Part shown: positions 38,780 to 48,406 of the stretch, piece by piece
How the letters are laid out: each line of letters begins with the position of its first letter
Position numbering within the stretch: the first letter of the stretch is position 1
NCBI GenBank assembly: GCA_965223335.1
Contig: OZ244991.1
Span: forward strand, 2,400,001 to 2,464,000
Reading direction: 5' to 3'
Length of the DNA: 64,000 nt
Source: Thermodesulfobacteriota bacterium
Lineage (GTDB): Bacteria > Desulfobacterota_D > UBA1144 > Nemesobacterales > UBA2774
Translations under genes and position numbers: made by a program
Notes under the pieces: model-generated
The model's database searches: none
Told to the model about the DNA's origin: nothing
Seen by the model: only the letters and a program-made list of their open reading frames with translations

Positions 38780-40981
38780 CTAAAACTTGCTTACCGACTG
38801 TTCCTCGGAACACACGCTTAGGTCCGTCAAACAGATCTGGTACACATATGTGGCTTTACCTCTGCCTATTTGGGGGTCGGTATATGCCCCGCTTCCCTCA
38901 GCTCCGGATTCAACCACGGCAATCTCGTTACCGTCACGTATTATCACAAGACTTGTATTAGACGGCGCACCCGACCATTCGAGGTCTACATGATGACGTC
39001 CTTTGATCTTATATGCGTCGGCAATCACAAGGTTTATCACTACAGGCGGCGGTTCCTCCTCTGTCGTAGCCGTAGCGGTGTTGCTTGGGTCCGAGTCCCC
39101 GTCCTCGTTAAACGCTATCACACGGTAGCTATACGTCTGCCCCGGCGACAGTCCACTGTCCGTATAACTGGTGGTGTTTGCTGCCACTGTGGCAATCTCG
39201 GTCCACACACTTGTCTCTGTAGCTTCGCCATCTGTGCGCTCTATGCGGAAGCCTGTCTCGTTCTCTGACGTATCGGTCCACTCAAGCCCTATGCTTGTTG
39301 TACCCTGAGCTGTGGCTACTAGGTCGCTTGGCGCACTCGGAGGATCAGGCGGCGGCGGTTCCTCCTCTGTCGTGGCACTTGCAACGTTGCTCCAGTCCGA
39401 CTCACCGTCGTTATTAACTGCCCTTGTTCTATAGTAATAAGTTGTGTTAGCTGCAAGCCCCGTGTCCACATAACCCACCACGTTTACACCTTGAGTGGGC
39501 AGCGCTACCCAATTGGCCCCCGTTGCGGGGTCAGTGTCCGAGCGCTCTATCTCAAACCCTGTTTCGTTATCTGCGTTATCAGTCCACGTAAGATCTATGC
39601 TCGATTCATCTACCGCCGTTGCGTTAAGATCCGTAGGAGCCGCTGGCGGTTCAGGCGGGGTCACAGTCTCGCGAAACTGAGCCGCCACTGGGGTGGTCTG
39701 CACTAGTGACCTTGCATTGTCGGCGCTATTGTCCGGGTCCACGTCGTGGTCAATACCCATCGGAATGCCGTGGAGCAGCACATTTGGGTTAGAGAAATAG
39801 TTCTGCCTAATGCAGTTAAACCCGCTGCAGGCATAAGACATCACCGTACGGAAACCGTTGTTGTTAAGCTCAGGCACCGCCTGGGCGTATTTATAGCCGT
39901 AAGAATACTCGAACGCCCCATCCACACCGGCATTGTCCCGGTCATGGGCACAGCCCAGATTGTGACCCAGTTCATGCTCCATAGTTAGCCCAGCCAGGTT
40001 GTCATACTCAGTCACCGAGAATGCATTTCTTTCAAACGTAGTGCTCACAGTCTGCATCACAAACCCCACGCCTGCTGCCGAGCCTATCTCGCCCGTAACC
40101 ATCGCAACTATGTCTGCCCCATGCTGGTCACGTATATCGTGCACCTCGTCTATGTAAGTATCGGTTTTGCCCCTAAGGTCATAGAGCGCCTGGACCAAAG
40201 CGTCCGAGCTATTGGGCCCGTCGTTTCGGGGCGTGTACTCGACCAGTTGCGAATGCACCAGGTTGTACTGGGCCGGCACCTCGCTGTTCGCAAGCCCTAC
40301 CGTTGCGTTCTCTACCACAGACTGTATTGTAAGGTCGATATTGGGATTACCCTCAAGCGCAAGCGGTGTATAGACAACCATTAAATCGATTACTACGTGG
40401 CTATCGGCCTCAATCTCCCCGCCCTCGAACTCCACAGGGGCATCCCCCTCCTCGGGCTCTATAGCGTCGGTTATGGGGTCAAATTCCACCATCTCTATCT
40501 CCCGGAGCACATACTCACCTGTGTCGGGCGACTGTGTAATGGAGTACATCTGTCCATCCACTGTAATCTGGCCCGCAAGACGGTTGTCGCCGCTAACAGT
40601 AAACACTACCGAGCTCCCGGGCTCACCCTCTATCTCACCTACCCAAAGCTCTGTGTCCCCAAGCCCCTTTTTTCTGTGCTTTAGCTTCCCCAAAAACTTC
40701 TTGTCCTGAAAAAGCTCCAAATCGACTAGAGCCCCTTTAAGCACAGCCGGGTTCACAGTAACCTGTGCTTCTTTCTTTACCGCATTACCCTTTCCTTTAT
40801 CGGGTTTTGTGGGCTTTTCGTGGCCGCTAATCAGCTTGCCAGGAGGGTTGTGGCTCTCTTTGTGGGCCGCAAATACATAATTAGAGTCCGCAAACACGAG
40901 CAACAACAGCAACGCTATCGCAATTCCAAAATGACAAAACAGACCTCTACTGCGTGAGATTCCATCGTCCATATCCATCAT
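38780..40981 (-). CDS. Secreted M12B/reprolysin-like zinc metallopeptidase with two FN3 domains
   Basis: HELGHNLGCAHD zinc motif, RTVMSY Met-turn, two FN3 repeats (WTD...NETGF.IER, YRV.A.N..G.S..SN). Confidence 0.9.
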   Translation of the reverse strand: MMDMDDGISRSRGLFCHFGIAIALLLLLVFADSNYVFAAHKESHNPPGKLISGHEKPTKPDKGKGNAVKKEAQVTVNPAVLKGALVDLELFQDKKFLGKLKHRKKGLGDTELWVGEIEGEPGSSVVFTVSGDNRLAGQITVDGQMYSITQSPDTGEYVLREIEMVEFDPITDAIEPEEGDAPVEFEGGEIEADSHVVIDLMVVYTPLALEGNPNIDLTIQSVVENATVGLANSEVPAQYNLVHSQLVEYTPRNDGPNSSDALVQALYDLRGKTDTYIDEVHDIRDQHGADIVAMVTGEIGSAAGVGFVMQTVSTTFERNAFSVTEYDNLAGLTMEHELGHNLGCAHDRDNAGVDGAFEYSYGYKYAQAVPELNNNGFRTVMSYACSGFNCIRQNYFSNPNVLLHGIPMGIDHDVDPDNSADNARSLVQTTPVAAQFRETVTPPEPPAAPTDLNATAVDESSIDLTWTDNADNETGFEIERSDTDPATGANWVALPTQGVNVVGYVDTGLAANTTYYYRTRAVNNDGESDWSNVASATTEEEPPPPDPPSAPSDLVATAQGTTSIGLEWTDTSENETGFRIERTDGEATETSVWTEIATVAANTTSYTDSGLSPGQTYSYRVIAFNEDGDSDPSNTATATTEEEPPPVVINLVIADAYKIKGRHHVDLEWSGAPSNTSLVIIRDGNEIAVVESGAEGSGAYTDPQIGRGKATYVYQICLTDLSVCSEEQSVSKF

Positions 40982-41440
40982 CCTCCAATATGTTTTTAGA
41001 CCTCTTCCCAGACCCCGGCCTATTAAACCGATTATCGCATATAAATACATTAATTAATATTAGGGATATACCTTATTTTAATTAGGGTATGTTTGTATTG
41101 GCTAATAATTTAATTGTAACGATCACAAAGCCCCTATCGGGCATTAAACAAGTGTGTTGTAACTCTTTAAAATAATAATTTTTATAGTAAAATTACTGCA
41201 ACCAAGTTTTGTTCTCTATATGACGAAGTCATACAAACCAAACTGCTACTGATTAATAAATCGTGTGGAGGCGACTCAGGATCAATAGTATAGAGCAAAA
41301 GTTTAAACACCTTACTTATTACCTCCCCACCCTCTTTTTAATCCCTACGGTCAAAGCAGCCGCAGGTTCAAGCGATGGTTTGAGTGTTAATAATTAAAGC
41401 CTAAAAACAAAAGATGAAAATCACCAAGGAGGATTTAACA

Positions 41441-42505
41441 ATGATTAAATCAAGCAAACAGTTACTTCTTTACAGTACTGTCATAACACTCATGCTCGGG
41501 GTACTGCAATTGACGCCGACATTGGCACAGCCCGCAATTGCTCCCTACAGTTTCTTAAACCAGACCGACCAGTCCACAGACAGGGTCGTTTATTTTTGGG
41601 ACCTGCGCATGGCGCGCCAGAGCTATGTACAGGTAACCAACATCATTCAAGACACAGTATTTGTACACGTCCAGATCTTTAACGTCACCTCACCGGTAAC
41701 AGTTTGTGAGGAGACCGATTTTAACGACGTATACACCCCAGGGGACACACATGTGTACGACCTAAGCGCGCTTGTATCCAACAACGACGCCGACGGGCTA
41801 GGGTTTGGAGGCAGTTCGGCTCCAAACGCCGACTTAGACGAGGGATACGGCCTCTTTGTCGTATCCGAGGTCTCAGGGATCGACTCGCTTATCGGCATGT
41901 TTAGAATCATAGACGGCGACAGCGATTTTGAGTACAGGACCAACGCCGCCGGTGAAGGTCTTCTGGGAAGCGCTCCCAACACTTGGAGTACCGCTGTGCT
42001 AAATTTCAACAGTGTCGACAGTGCTAATCTGTCCGATGTAGTGGGCCTGGTATACCGCCACATTGACGAGGCCAGTGTTATAGCAAGCCCTCAAATTCAG
42101 GCCGAGTTCGGCTACCCCACAGGCGATGTTACCGATCCCCAGCCACAAATTCATATATTCGACGAGTTCGAGAGCCCCACATCCTGCAGTCCTACCACCT
42201 TCGCTTGCGATATAGGGCTTGTGGACAAAGGCATAGACAACTTCCACCCCAACTCTAAGGGTGAGGTTAATAGAATTTGTAACGACAGTGTAGATGTAGG
42301 ATGGCTCTTTATGCCGCTTCGCGATTTTAGATGCTTCGATCTAGACCCCGTCAGCGGAAACTGTCCCTTCATGTTTATACAGGACGAATTTTTTGTAGGG
42401 TTTTTGGGCTTAAATAACGGCAACGGTACCGGGTCGATGGACTCGTGGTGGACCCCTGGGACCTGTGACGAACCCCAGTGCCCGCGTAGAGGCGGAGGGT
42501 TTTAA
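41441..42505 (+). CDS. Array protein class A, copy A1 (secreted, unknown function)
   Basis: Signal peptide; invariant blocks GDTHVYDL, IGMFRIIDGD, FESPTSCSP, DNFHPNSKGEVNRICNDS, GSMDSWWT. Confidence 0.85.
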   Translation: MIKSSKQLLLYSTVITLMLGVLQLTPTLAQPAIAPYSFLNQTDQSTDRVVYFWDLRMARQSYVQVTNIIQDTVFVHVQIFNVTSPVTVCEETDFNDVYTPGDTHVYDLSALVSNNDADGLGFGGSSAPNADLDEGYGLFVVSEVSGIDSLIGMFRIIDGDSDFEYRTNAAGEGLLGSAPNTWSTAVLNFNSVDSANLSDVVGLVYRHIDEASVIASPQIQAEFGYPTGDVTDPQPQIHIFDEFESPTSCSPTTFACDIGLVDKGIDNFHPNSKGEVNRICNDSVDVGWLFMPLRDFRCFDLDPVSGNCPFMFIQDEFFVGFLGLNNGNGTGSMDSWWTPGTCDEPQCPRRGGGF

Positions 42506-42639
42506 TGACTACAATTCCCATACTCATTCACAACCTATAATACAATATAGAACCTAGATGATATAATTCTATGCACTACGAGCAGGGCAGAAACAACTTA
42601 CATGCTCTGCTCCCAAACCATATTAGAAAAAACTTTTTA

Positions 42640-42676
42640 TAGGCGGTGTGAGCCAATAGTTTACACCGCTTTTTTT
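42640..42676 (+). terminator. Intrinsic terminator
   Basis: ggcggtgtga...ttacaccgct followed by T-run. Confidence 0.65.
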
Positions 42677-42687
42677 AATTACTTACC

Positions 42688-42780
42688 TATAATTAAGAAC
42701 TTTTCCTTCTAATTACGACAATCCGGTAATTATTATTTACATATTTATGCAAAATGTTGTATAATTGCGCTTAGAATTAT
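42688..42780 (+). promoter_or_regulatory. Duplicated promoter block (copy 1; copy 2 at 46046-46138)
   Basis: ~93-bp near-identical segments containing TTTACA-18-TATAAT. Confidence 0.7.
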
Positions 42781-42833
42781 GTATTGTGCAAAAGAGTTAT
42801 ATAAAAAGACTTTAGTCAAAGGAGGAATTAAGG

Positions 42834-43880
42834 ATGATTCAGAGTACAGTATCAAGAGTAATTTGCTTAACATTATTAGCAGTTATGCTTGCCATACCGA
42901 CGGTATCGATGGCCGGCGGGCCGGTCGAGACTATAGACCAGACCGACCAGGCCACAGGCAGGGTTGTTGCGTTCTGGGATATGCGTATGGCGCGCCAGAC
43001 CTTTGTACAAGTGACTAATACAGGGCAATTCAGCTCACTAGTCCACGTTCAGATCTTCAACGTTACTTCGCCTGCAACAATTTGCGAAGAGACTGATTTC
43101 AATGATCGATATACACCGGGAGACACTCATGTTTACGACCTGGGCAACCTTGTATCCAACAACGATGCCGACGGACTCGGAGGTGTAGGGCTCTCTGCCC
43201 CTGCCGCTGACCTGGACGAGGGATATGGATTATTTGTTGTGTCTGTGGTGGATGGATCGTTCTTAATCGGTATGTTCAGGATCATAGACGGTGATGGAGA
43301 TTTCGAATACAGGACAAATACCGCTGGCGAAGAACCTTCTCCTTTTATTTTCTTAGGAGGCGACAACTACTGGAGTATAGCGGACCTTAACTTCAACGAC
43401 GTAGACGGTTCTAACTTGTCCGACGTAGTAGGTCTTGTATACAGAAGCGTTAGTCCGAGCAGTGTTGTAGCCAGCCCGCTTATACAGGCAACTTTTGGCA
43501 ATGCTACAGGGAATGTTGGCAGTTTTGCTCCCCAGATCCATATATTTGACGAGTTCGAAAGCCCCACATCCTGCAGCCCCTCAACTTTTGCATGCGCCCC
43601 CACACAGCTAGACAAGGGCATAGACAATTTCCACCCCAACTCTAAGGGCGAGGTTAATAGAATTTGTAACGACAGTGTGGATGTAGGGTGGCTCTATATG
43701 CCGTTTCAGAGATTCAACTGTTTTGATCAGGATCCTGACAATGGGGTTTGTGTATCCATAAACTCGCCAGATGTGTTTTTTGTAGGATTTTTGGGACTAA
43801 ACAATGGCAACGGTACAGGCTCCATGGATTCGTGGTGGACCCCTGGTATATGTGATGAACCTGGTTGCCCTACTGGATAA
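42834..43880 (+). CDS. Array protein class A, copy A2
   Basis: Same scaffold; begins MIQSTVSRVICL. Confidence 0.85.
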   Translation: MIQSTVSRVICLTLLAVMLAIPTVSMAGGPVETIDQTDQATGRVVAFWDMRMARQTFVQVTNTGQFSSLVHVQIFNVTSPATICEETDFNDRYTPGDTHVYDLGNLVSNNDADGLGGVGLSAPAADLDEGYGLFVVSVVDGSFLIGMFRIIDGDGDFEYRTNTAGEEPSPFIFLGGDNYWSIADLNFNDVDGSNLSDVVGLVYRSVSPSSVVASPLIQATFGNATGNVGSFAPQIHIFDEFESPTSCSPSTFACAPTQLDKGIDNFHPNSKGEVNRICNDSVDVGWLYMPFQRFNCFDQDPDNGVCVSINSPDVFFVGFLGLNNGNGTGSMDSWWTPGICDEPGCPTG

Positions 43881-43924
43881 TAATTAATTTGAAAAAGATG
43901 AAAAACTCAAAGGAGGAAACTCGG

Positions 43925-45865
43925 ATGATTAGATATTCTTTAACAGCAATAATGGTGCTGGTACTGATGGGGCTAGTTTATATCCCACAGGCCCAGGCCC
44001 AGATTGGTACAGACAACCTCTTCTGTCCGGCTGTGCCTAACGACACAGGGTGGCTAGAAGTACAGATACCTAACCCGGCTCAGGCCGACTTTACCGCTGG
44101 ACTCATAGGTACGGTAGAGGGTTTTGCGGGTTCTGCAGTTGGTGGGCTTGACTGGATGCATAACAACGATACATTTGATCCATTCTTTCCAAACTTCAAC
44201 GCTAACCCCACACCTACCACAGACAGCGGCTCACAGCTTGTGACCTGGTGGACACAGGCAGACAGCCGCAACACCTCTGTGCAGGTTACAAATACAAACG
44301 TCTTCTCGGGCATAAACGTCCACGTGCGTATATTGGATGCAAACTGTGTAGAGATCCGTAACTTCTGCGATACTTACACCCCCGGGGACACTCATGTGTA
44401 CGACCTGGGCAACCTGGTAAGTAACGCAGGTGCACCGATAGCCGACGAAAACCTACAGGGTAAAGAGGGCATATTGGTAGTAACCTCGGTAAACGGATGC
44501 CCCAACCCTGACCAGGCAATAGAGCATGACTACCTAACAGGTCAGACGGTGATCGTAGACTCTCAGGACTACATGTACGGAGTAAACATGTATGCCCGTC
44601 AGGCTTTCTGCGACGAGGCCGGGGATATAAACCTAGTACTAAACGGTAGCTTCCAGACTGGGGACCTTACCGAATGGTTTATCGAGCAAGGCAGTACTGT
44701 TGCTCCTGAAGCTGGGGTGATAAACTCCACAGGGATATCCCCGAACGTTGCAGTACCACCTGCAACACCTCCAGATCCTGCAAATGATTTTATGGCGTTT
44801 GTAGCGTCCGGAGCGAACTTCCCTAACACATTTTATGATGGGGGTTCGTTTGGAAACCTAGCTGACTTCTTCTTAATCAGTGGTGGTCCGTTTGGTTCTG
44901 GTAACACAAACGTTACAATCCTAGAATCAGCTCAATTTACGACTACAGCATCGAACACACTTACTTATGACTATTCATTGCTATCGGCAGATGATGATGA
45001 CTGTGACCCTGCATTGGCAGTGCTACTTATCAATATACCGCCAGCACCTTCACTACCTGCCATAGTAGCTGGACAGTGTTATATCGATCCATTCAACTCA
45101 GGGACTACTGCAACATTAAATCTGACAGCAGGTACCGTACCATGCCAAACAATACCTACCAACGACACTGTATACACTATAAGCCCATTTGTATTTGATG
45201 GTGGCAATTCAAGCTTTAACCCAGATACTATCGGACCGTTTCCTGCCGGTGACTATGTAATCCAGGTTGTATCGGTACAGGATTTTGGTATCGCAGCAGG
45301 TTGTCTTGATACTGGTGACGATACAGGGGCCTTGGTAGACAACTTCCGTGTTATTGAAGCCCTTGTATGCGATGGGACACTAGACGGAGTTAACTCGTTC
45401 CTAGACATTGTAGACCCGACTATCCTCGCAGGCCAGTTTAATGTACAGACAGGTGCTGCAGGTGGAGACGTAGCGCTTATCTCCTTTATAGACGACTACG
45501 GTCCCCCATACCGCGCAGTAGCAGCAGCCACAGACACTGCAGTAGGCATATGGGACGACACCGAGGACTTCTCGAGCTGCGGCGACGTACCGGTGTGCTT
45601 CCTGCGCTTAGGTGTGGACGAAGCAGTAGTGGCCAGTCAGGACTTTGTAGTATCCCCGACACTAGGGCCGACACTGCCACCGACAACACCACCTACACTG
45701 GGCCCGACCTCTACACCTACGAATCCGCCTAGCGGAAGTGGGAGCGGAAGCTGTGCAATAGCAGCTAGCCCTGTAGAGCTTGGAAGCGGACTAGCCAACG
45801 TACTTATCCCACTAATACCGGTAGCGTTTGTATTCGGGGTAAGAAGGCTCCGCAGAAAGAAGTAG
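43925..45865 (+). CDS. Array protein class B, copy B1 (secreted, PT linker, C-terminal Cys/TM/basic anchor)
   Basis: Signal peptide, QIGTDNLFCP N-domain, variable NGSFQTG domain, PTLGPT linker, SGSCAIAA + TM + RRLRRKK. Confidence 0.85.
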   Translation: MIRYSLTAIMVLVLMGLVYIPQAQAQIGTDNLFCPAVPNDTGWLEVQIPNPAQADFTAGLIGTVEGFAGSAVGGLDWMHNNDTFDPFFPNFNANPTPTTDSGSQLVTWWTQADSRNTSVQVTNTNVFSGINVHVRILDANCVEIRNFCDTYTPGDTHVYDLGNLVSNAGAPIADENLQGKEGILVVTSVNGCPNPDQAIEHDYLTGQTVIVDSQDYMYGVNMYARQAFCDEAGDINLVLNGSFQTGDLTEWFIEQGSTVAPEAGVINSTGISPNVAVPPATPPDPANDFMAFVASGANFPNTFYDGGSFGNLADFFLISGGPFGSGNTNVTILESAQFTTTASNTLTYDYSLLSADDDDCDPALAVLLINIPPAPSLPAIVAGQCYIDPFNSGTTATLNLTAGTVPCQTIPTNDTVYTISPFVFDGGNSSFNPDTIGPFPAGDYVIQVVSVQDFGIAAGCLDTGDDTGALVDNFRVIEALVCDGTLDGVNSFLDIVDPTILAGQFNVQTGAAGGDVALISFIDDYGPPYRAVAAATDTAVGIWDDTEDFSSCGDVPVCFLRLGVDEAVVASQDFVVSPTLGPTLPPTTPPTLGPTSTPTNPPSGSGSGSCAIAASPVELGSGLANVLIPLIPVAFVFGVRRLRRKK

Positions 45866-46000
45866 AAGTAACAATTTAAACAACAAGATGAAAGCAAGGT
45901 CGCAAAACCTTGCTTCCATTATTAAAATGTCCTTTTTTGGACGTGGATGAGTGGCGGGGATATAGTCGAGTATAACCCGGTCATTCTGTCCTTCCTTCTT

Positions 46001-46035
46001 AAAAACGGCGGGGGCCCAGTTCCCGCCGTTTTTTT
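46001..46035 (+). terminator. Intrinsic terminator
   Basis: aaaaacggcggg...cccgccgttttttt. Confidence 0.75.
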
Positions 46036-46190
46036 ATTCATTGCGTATAATTAAGAACTTTCCCTTCTAATTATGACAATCCGGTAATTATTATTTACAT
46101 ATTTATACATAATATTGTATAATTGGGCTTAGAATTATAAATTCTCTAACAAAGTTATATAAAGAGAGCCTGTAAAAGGAGGGATATAGG

Positions 46191-47228
46191 ATGTTAAAGA
46201 GAACAGTTTTAAAACTACAATATTTATTTATTCTAGCAGTGTTAGCTGTTTTACCCCTACTTCCGATAAACGCTCATGCAGGTTTTAACGACTTTGACCC
46301 CGTAGATCAAACTGATGCCGTATCATATGCAGTAGTCTATTTCTGGGATTTACGTATGGCGCGCCAGACCTATGCACAGCTAACCAACATGTCACAGTTC
46401 AATATTTCGGTCCATGTACAAATATTTAATGTGGCATCACCTGCAGTAATCTGTGAAGAAACCAACTTTGACGATATATACACACCGGGCGACACGCATG
46501 TATATGACCTAAGCAACTTAGTATCCAACAACGATGCCGACGGACTGGGTTTTGTAGGCAACTCAGCCCCCAATGCAGACCTAGACGAAGGATACGGTCT
46601 CATAGTCGTCAGCACGCCACGCTTTCAAGATGTCCTAATTGGCATGTTTAGGATCATAGACGGTGACAGTGACTTCGAGTATAGGACCAATGCCGCTGGT
46701 GAGATATTTTTCAATAACCCTCGGGTGTGGACCACGGGTGTACTTAATTTTAACAACGTAGACGGTGCTAATCTGTCCGACGTAGTAGGTCTTGTATACA
46801 GAAGGGTAGGCTCTTTTTCAGTAACAGCAGGCCCGCATATCCAGGCACTATTCGGCGACGCAACTGGTGATGTGACCGATCCTACCCCCCAGATCCATAT
46901 ATTTGACGAGTTCGAGAGCCCCACATCCTGCAGCCCTACAACTTTCACATGCGACACCGGCCTCGTTGATAAAGCAATCGATAATTTCCACCCCAACTCT
47001 AAGGGCGAAGTTAATAGGATATGTAACGACAGTGTAGATGTAGGATGGCTCTTTATGCCGCTCCAAAGGTTCTTTTGTTTCGATGTCGATCCTGATGGAG
47101 GCGATTGTAGTATTGGCAACGGAGGAGCATATTTCGTGGGCTTCCTGGGGCTAAACAACGGTGACGGAACGGGTTCGATGGACTCGTGGTGGACACCTAG
47201 CCCCGACGACGAGACTCCTTTGCCTTAA
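46191..47228 (+). CDS. Array protein class A, copy A3
   Basis: Same scaffold motifs. Confidence 0.85.
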   Translation: MLKRTVLKLQYLFILAVLAVLPLLPINAHAGFNDFDPVDQTDAVSYAVVYFWDLRMARQTYAQLTNMSQFNISVHVQIFNVASPAVICEETNFDDIYTPGDTHVYDLSNLVSNNDADGLGFVGNSAPNADLDEGYGLIVVSTPRFQDVLIGMFRIIDGDSDFEYRTNAAGEIFFNNPRVWTTGVLNFNNVDGANLSDVVGLVYRRVGSFSVTAGPHIQALFGDATGDVTDPTPQIHIFDEFESPTSCSPTTFTCDTGLVDKAIDNFHPNSKGEVNRICNDSVDVGWLFMPLQRFFCFDVDPDGGDCSIGNGGAYFVGFLGLNNGDGTGSMDSWWTPSPDDETPLP

Positions 47229-47296
47229 CTATAGTATTTGTTAGCTGACAGAATATGAGTTTATTGCGAAGAGACAAAAATATTGAGGAGGACGGA

Positions 47297-48325
47297 ATGA
47301 TGATTCAGAGTACATTATCAAGATTTATTTGCTTAATGGTTTTAGCTCTTATGCTTGCAATACCGACAGTCTCCATGGCTGGGCTTTTTCAGCCTATATT
47401 AGACCAGACGGATGCATCCGAAGACGATTTGGTCTATTTCTGGGATATGCGCATGGCCCGCCAGACCTTTGTACAGGTAACTAATTTAGGTCAGGACACA
47501 GTTACGGTACACGTTCAAATCTTTAATGTAACTTCACCGGTTACAGTTTGTGAGGAGACTGACTTCAACGATCAGTTCACTGCAGGTGATACACACGTAT
47601 ACGACCTGGGCAACCTTGTGTCCAATAACGATGCCGATGGATTAGGTGGAGTTGGATTCTCAGCCCCTGCTGCGGACCTTGACGAAGGTTATGGTCTGCT
47701 TGTAGTATCTGCGTTCTTAGGCCCTCAAGACTCATTAATCGGTATGTTCCGCATAATAGACGGGGACTCCGATTTTGAGTATAGGACCAATGCTGCCGGA
47801 GAGTTACGTACTAATGCGTTAATAGCTGGTTGGTCTTATGGTGTGCTCAACTTTAATGATGTAGACGGAGCCAACCTTTCTGATGTAATAGGTCTTGTTT
47901 ACAGAAGAGTTGACGACGCATCCGTCATAGCCAGCCCTAATATACAGGCAGTGTTCGGTTATCCCACAGGGGATGTTACTGATGCAAGTCCCCAAATCCA
48001 TATCTTCGACGAGTTCGAGAGCCCCACATCATGCAGCCCCACCACATTTGCATGCGCCCCCACACTGCTAGACAAGGGCATAGACAACTTCCACCCCAAT
48101 TCTAAGGGCGAGGTTAACAGGATTTGCAACGACAGTGTGGATGTAGGATGGCTGTTTATGCCGTTTCAAACGTTTCTCTGTTTTGATGAGGACCCGGATG
48201 CAGGAAATTGTGGTTTCGCAGGAAGATATTTTGTTGGCTTCCTAGGACTTAACAACGGCAACGGGACCGGATCCATGGATTCGTGGTGGACGCCAGGAGA
48301 TTCTGACGAGTCCAATCTCCCATAG
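47297..48325 (+). CDS. Array protein class A, copy A4
   Basis: Same scaffold; begins MMIQSTLSRFICL. Confidence 0.85.
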   Translation: MMIQSTLSRFICLMVLALMLAIPTVSMAGLFQPILDQTDASEDDLVYFWDMRMARQTFVQVTNLGQDTVTVHVQIFNVTSPVTVCEETDFNDQFTAGDTHVYDLGNLVSNNDADGLGGVGFSAPAADLDEGYGLLVVSAFLGPQDSLIGMFRIIDGDSDFEYRTNAAGELRTNALIAGWSYGVLNFNDVDGANLSDVIGLVYRRVDDASVIASPNIQAVFGYPTGDVTDASPQIHIFDEFESPTSCSPTTFACAPTLLDKGIDNFHPNSKGEVNRICNDSVDVGWLFMPFQTFLCFDEDPDAGNCGFAGRYFVGFLGLNNGNGTGSMDSWWTPGDSDESNLP

Positions 48326-48406
48326 CAACGAAAGTAATGCTACACAGAGTACAAGTACAAAATGAACAATAACACAAGGACGAATAAAATTAAGGAGGAA
48401 ACACGG

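Noticed and set aside
41050..41410. Riboswitch (e.g. c-di-GMP) upstream of the array
   Set aside because: Could not match the consensus elements by eye; cmscan would be needed
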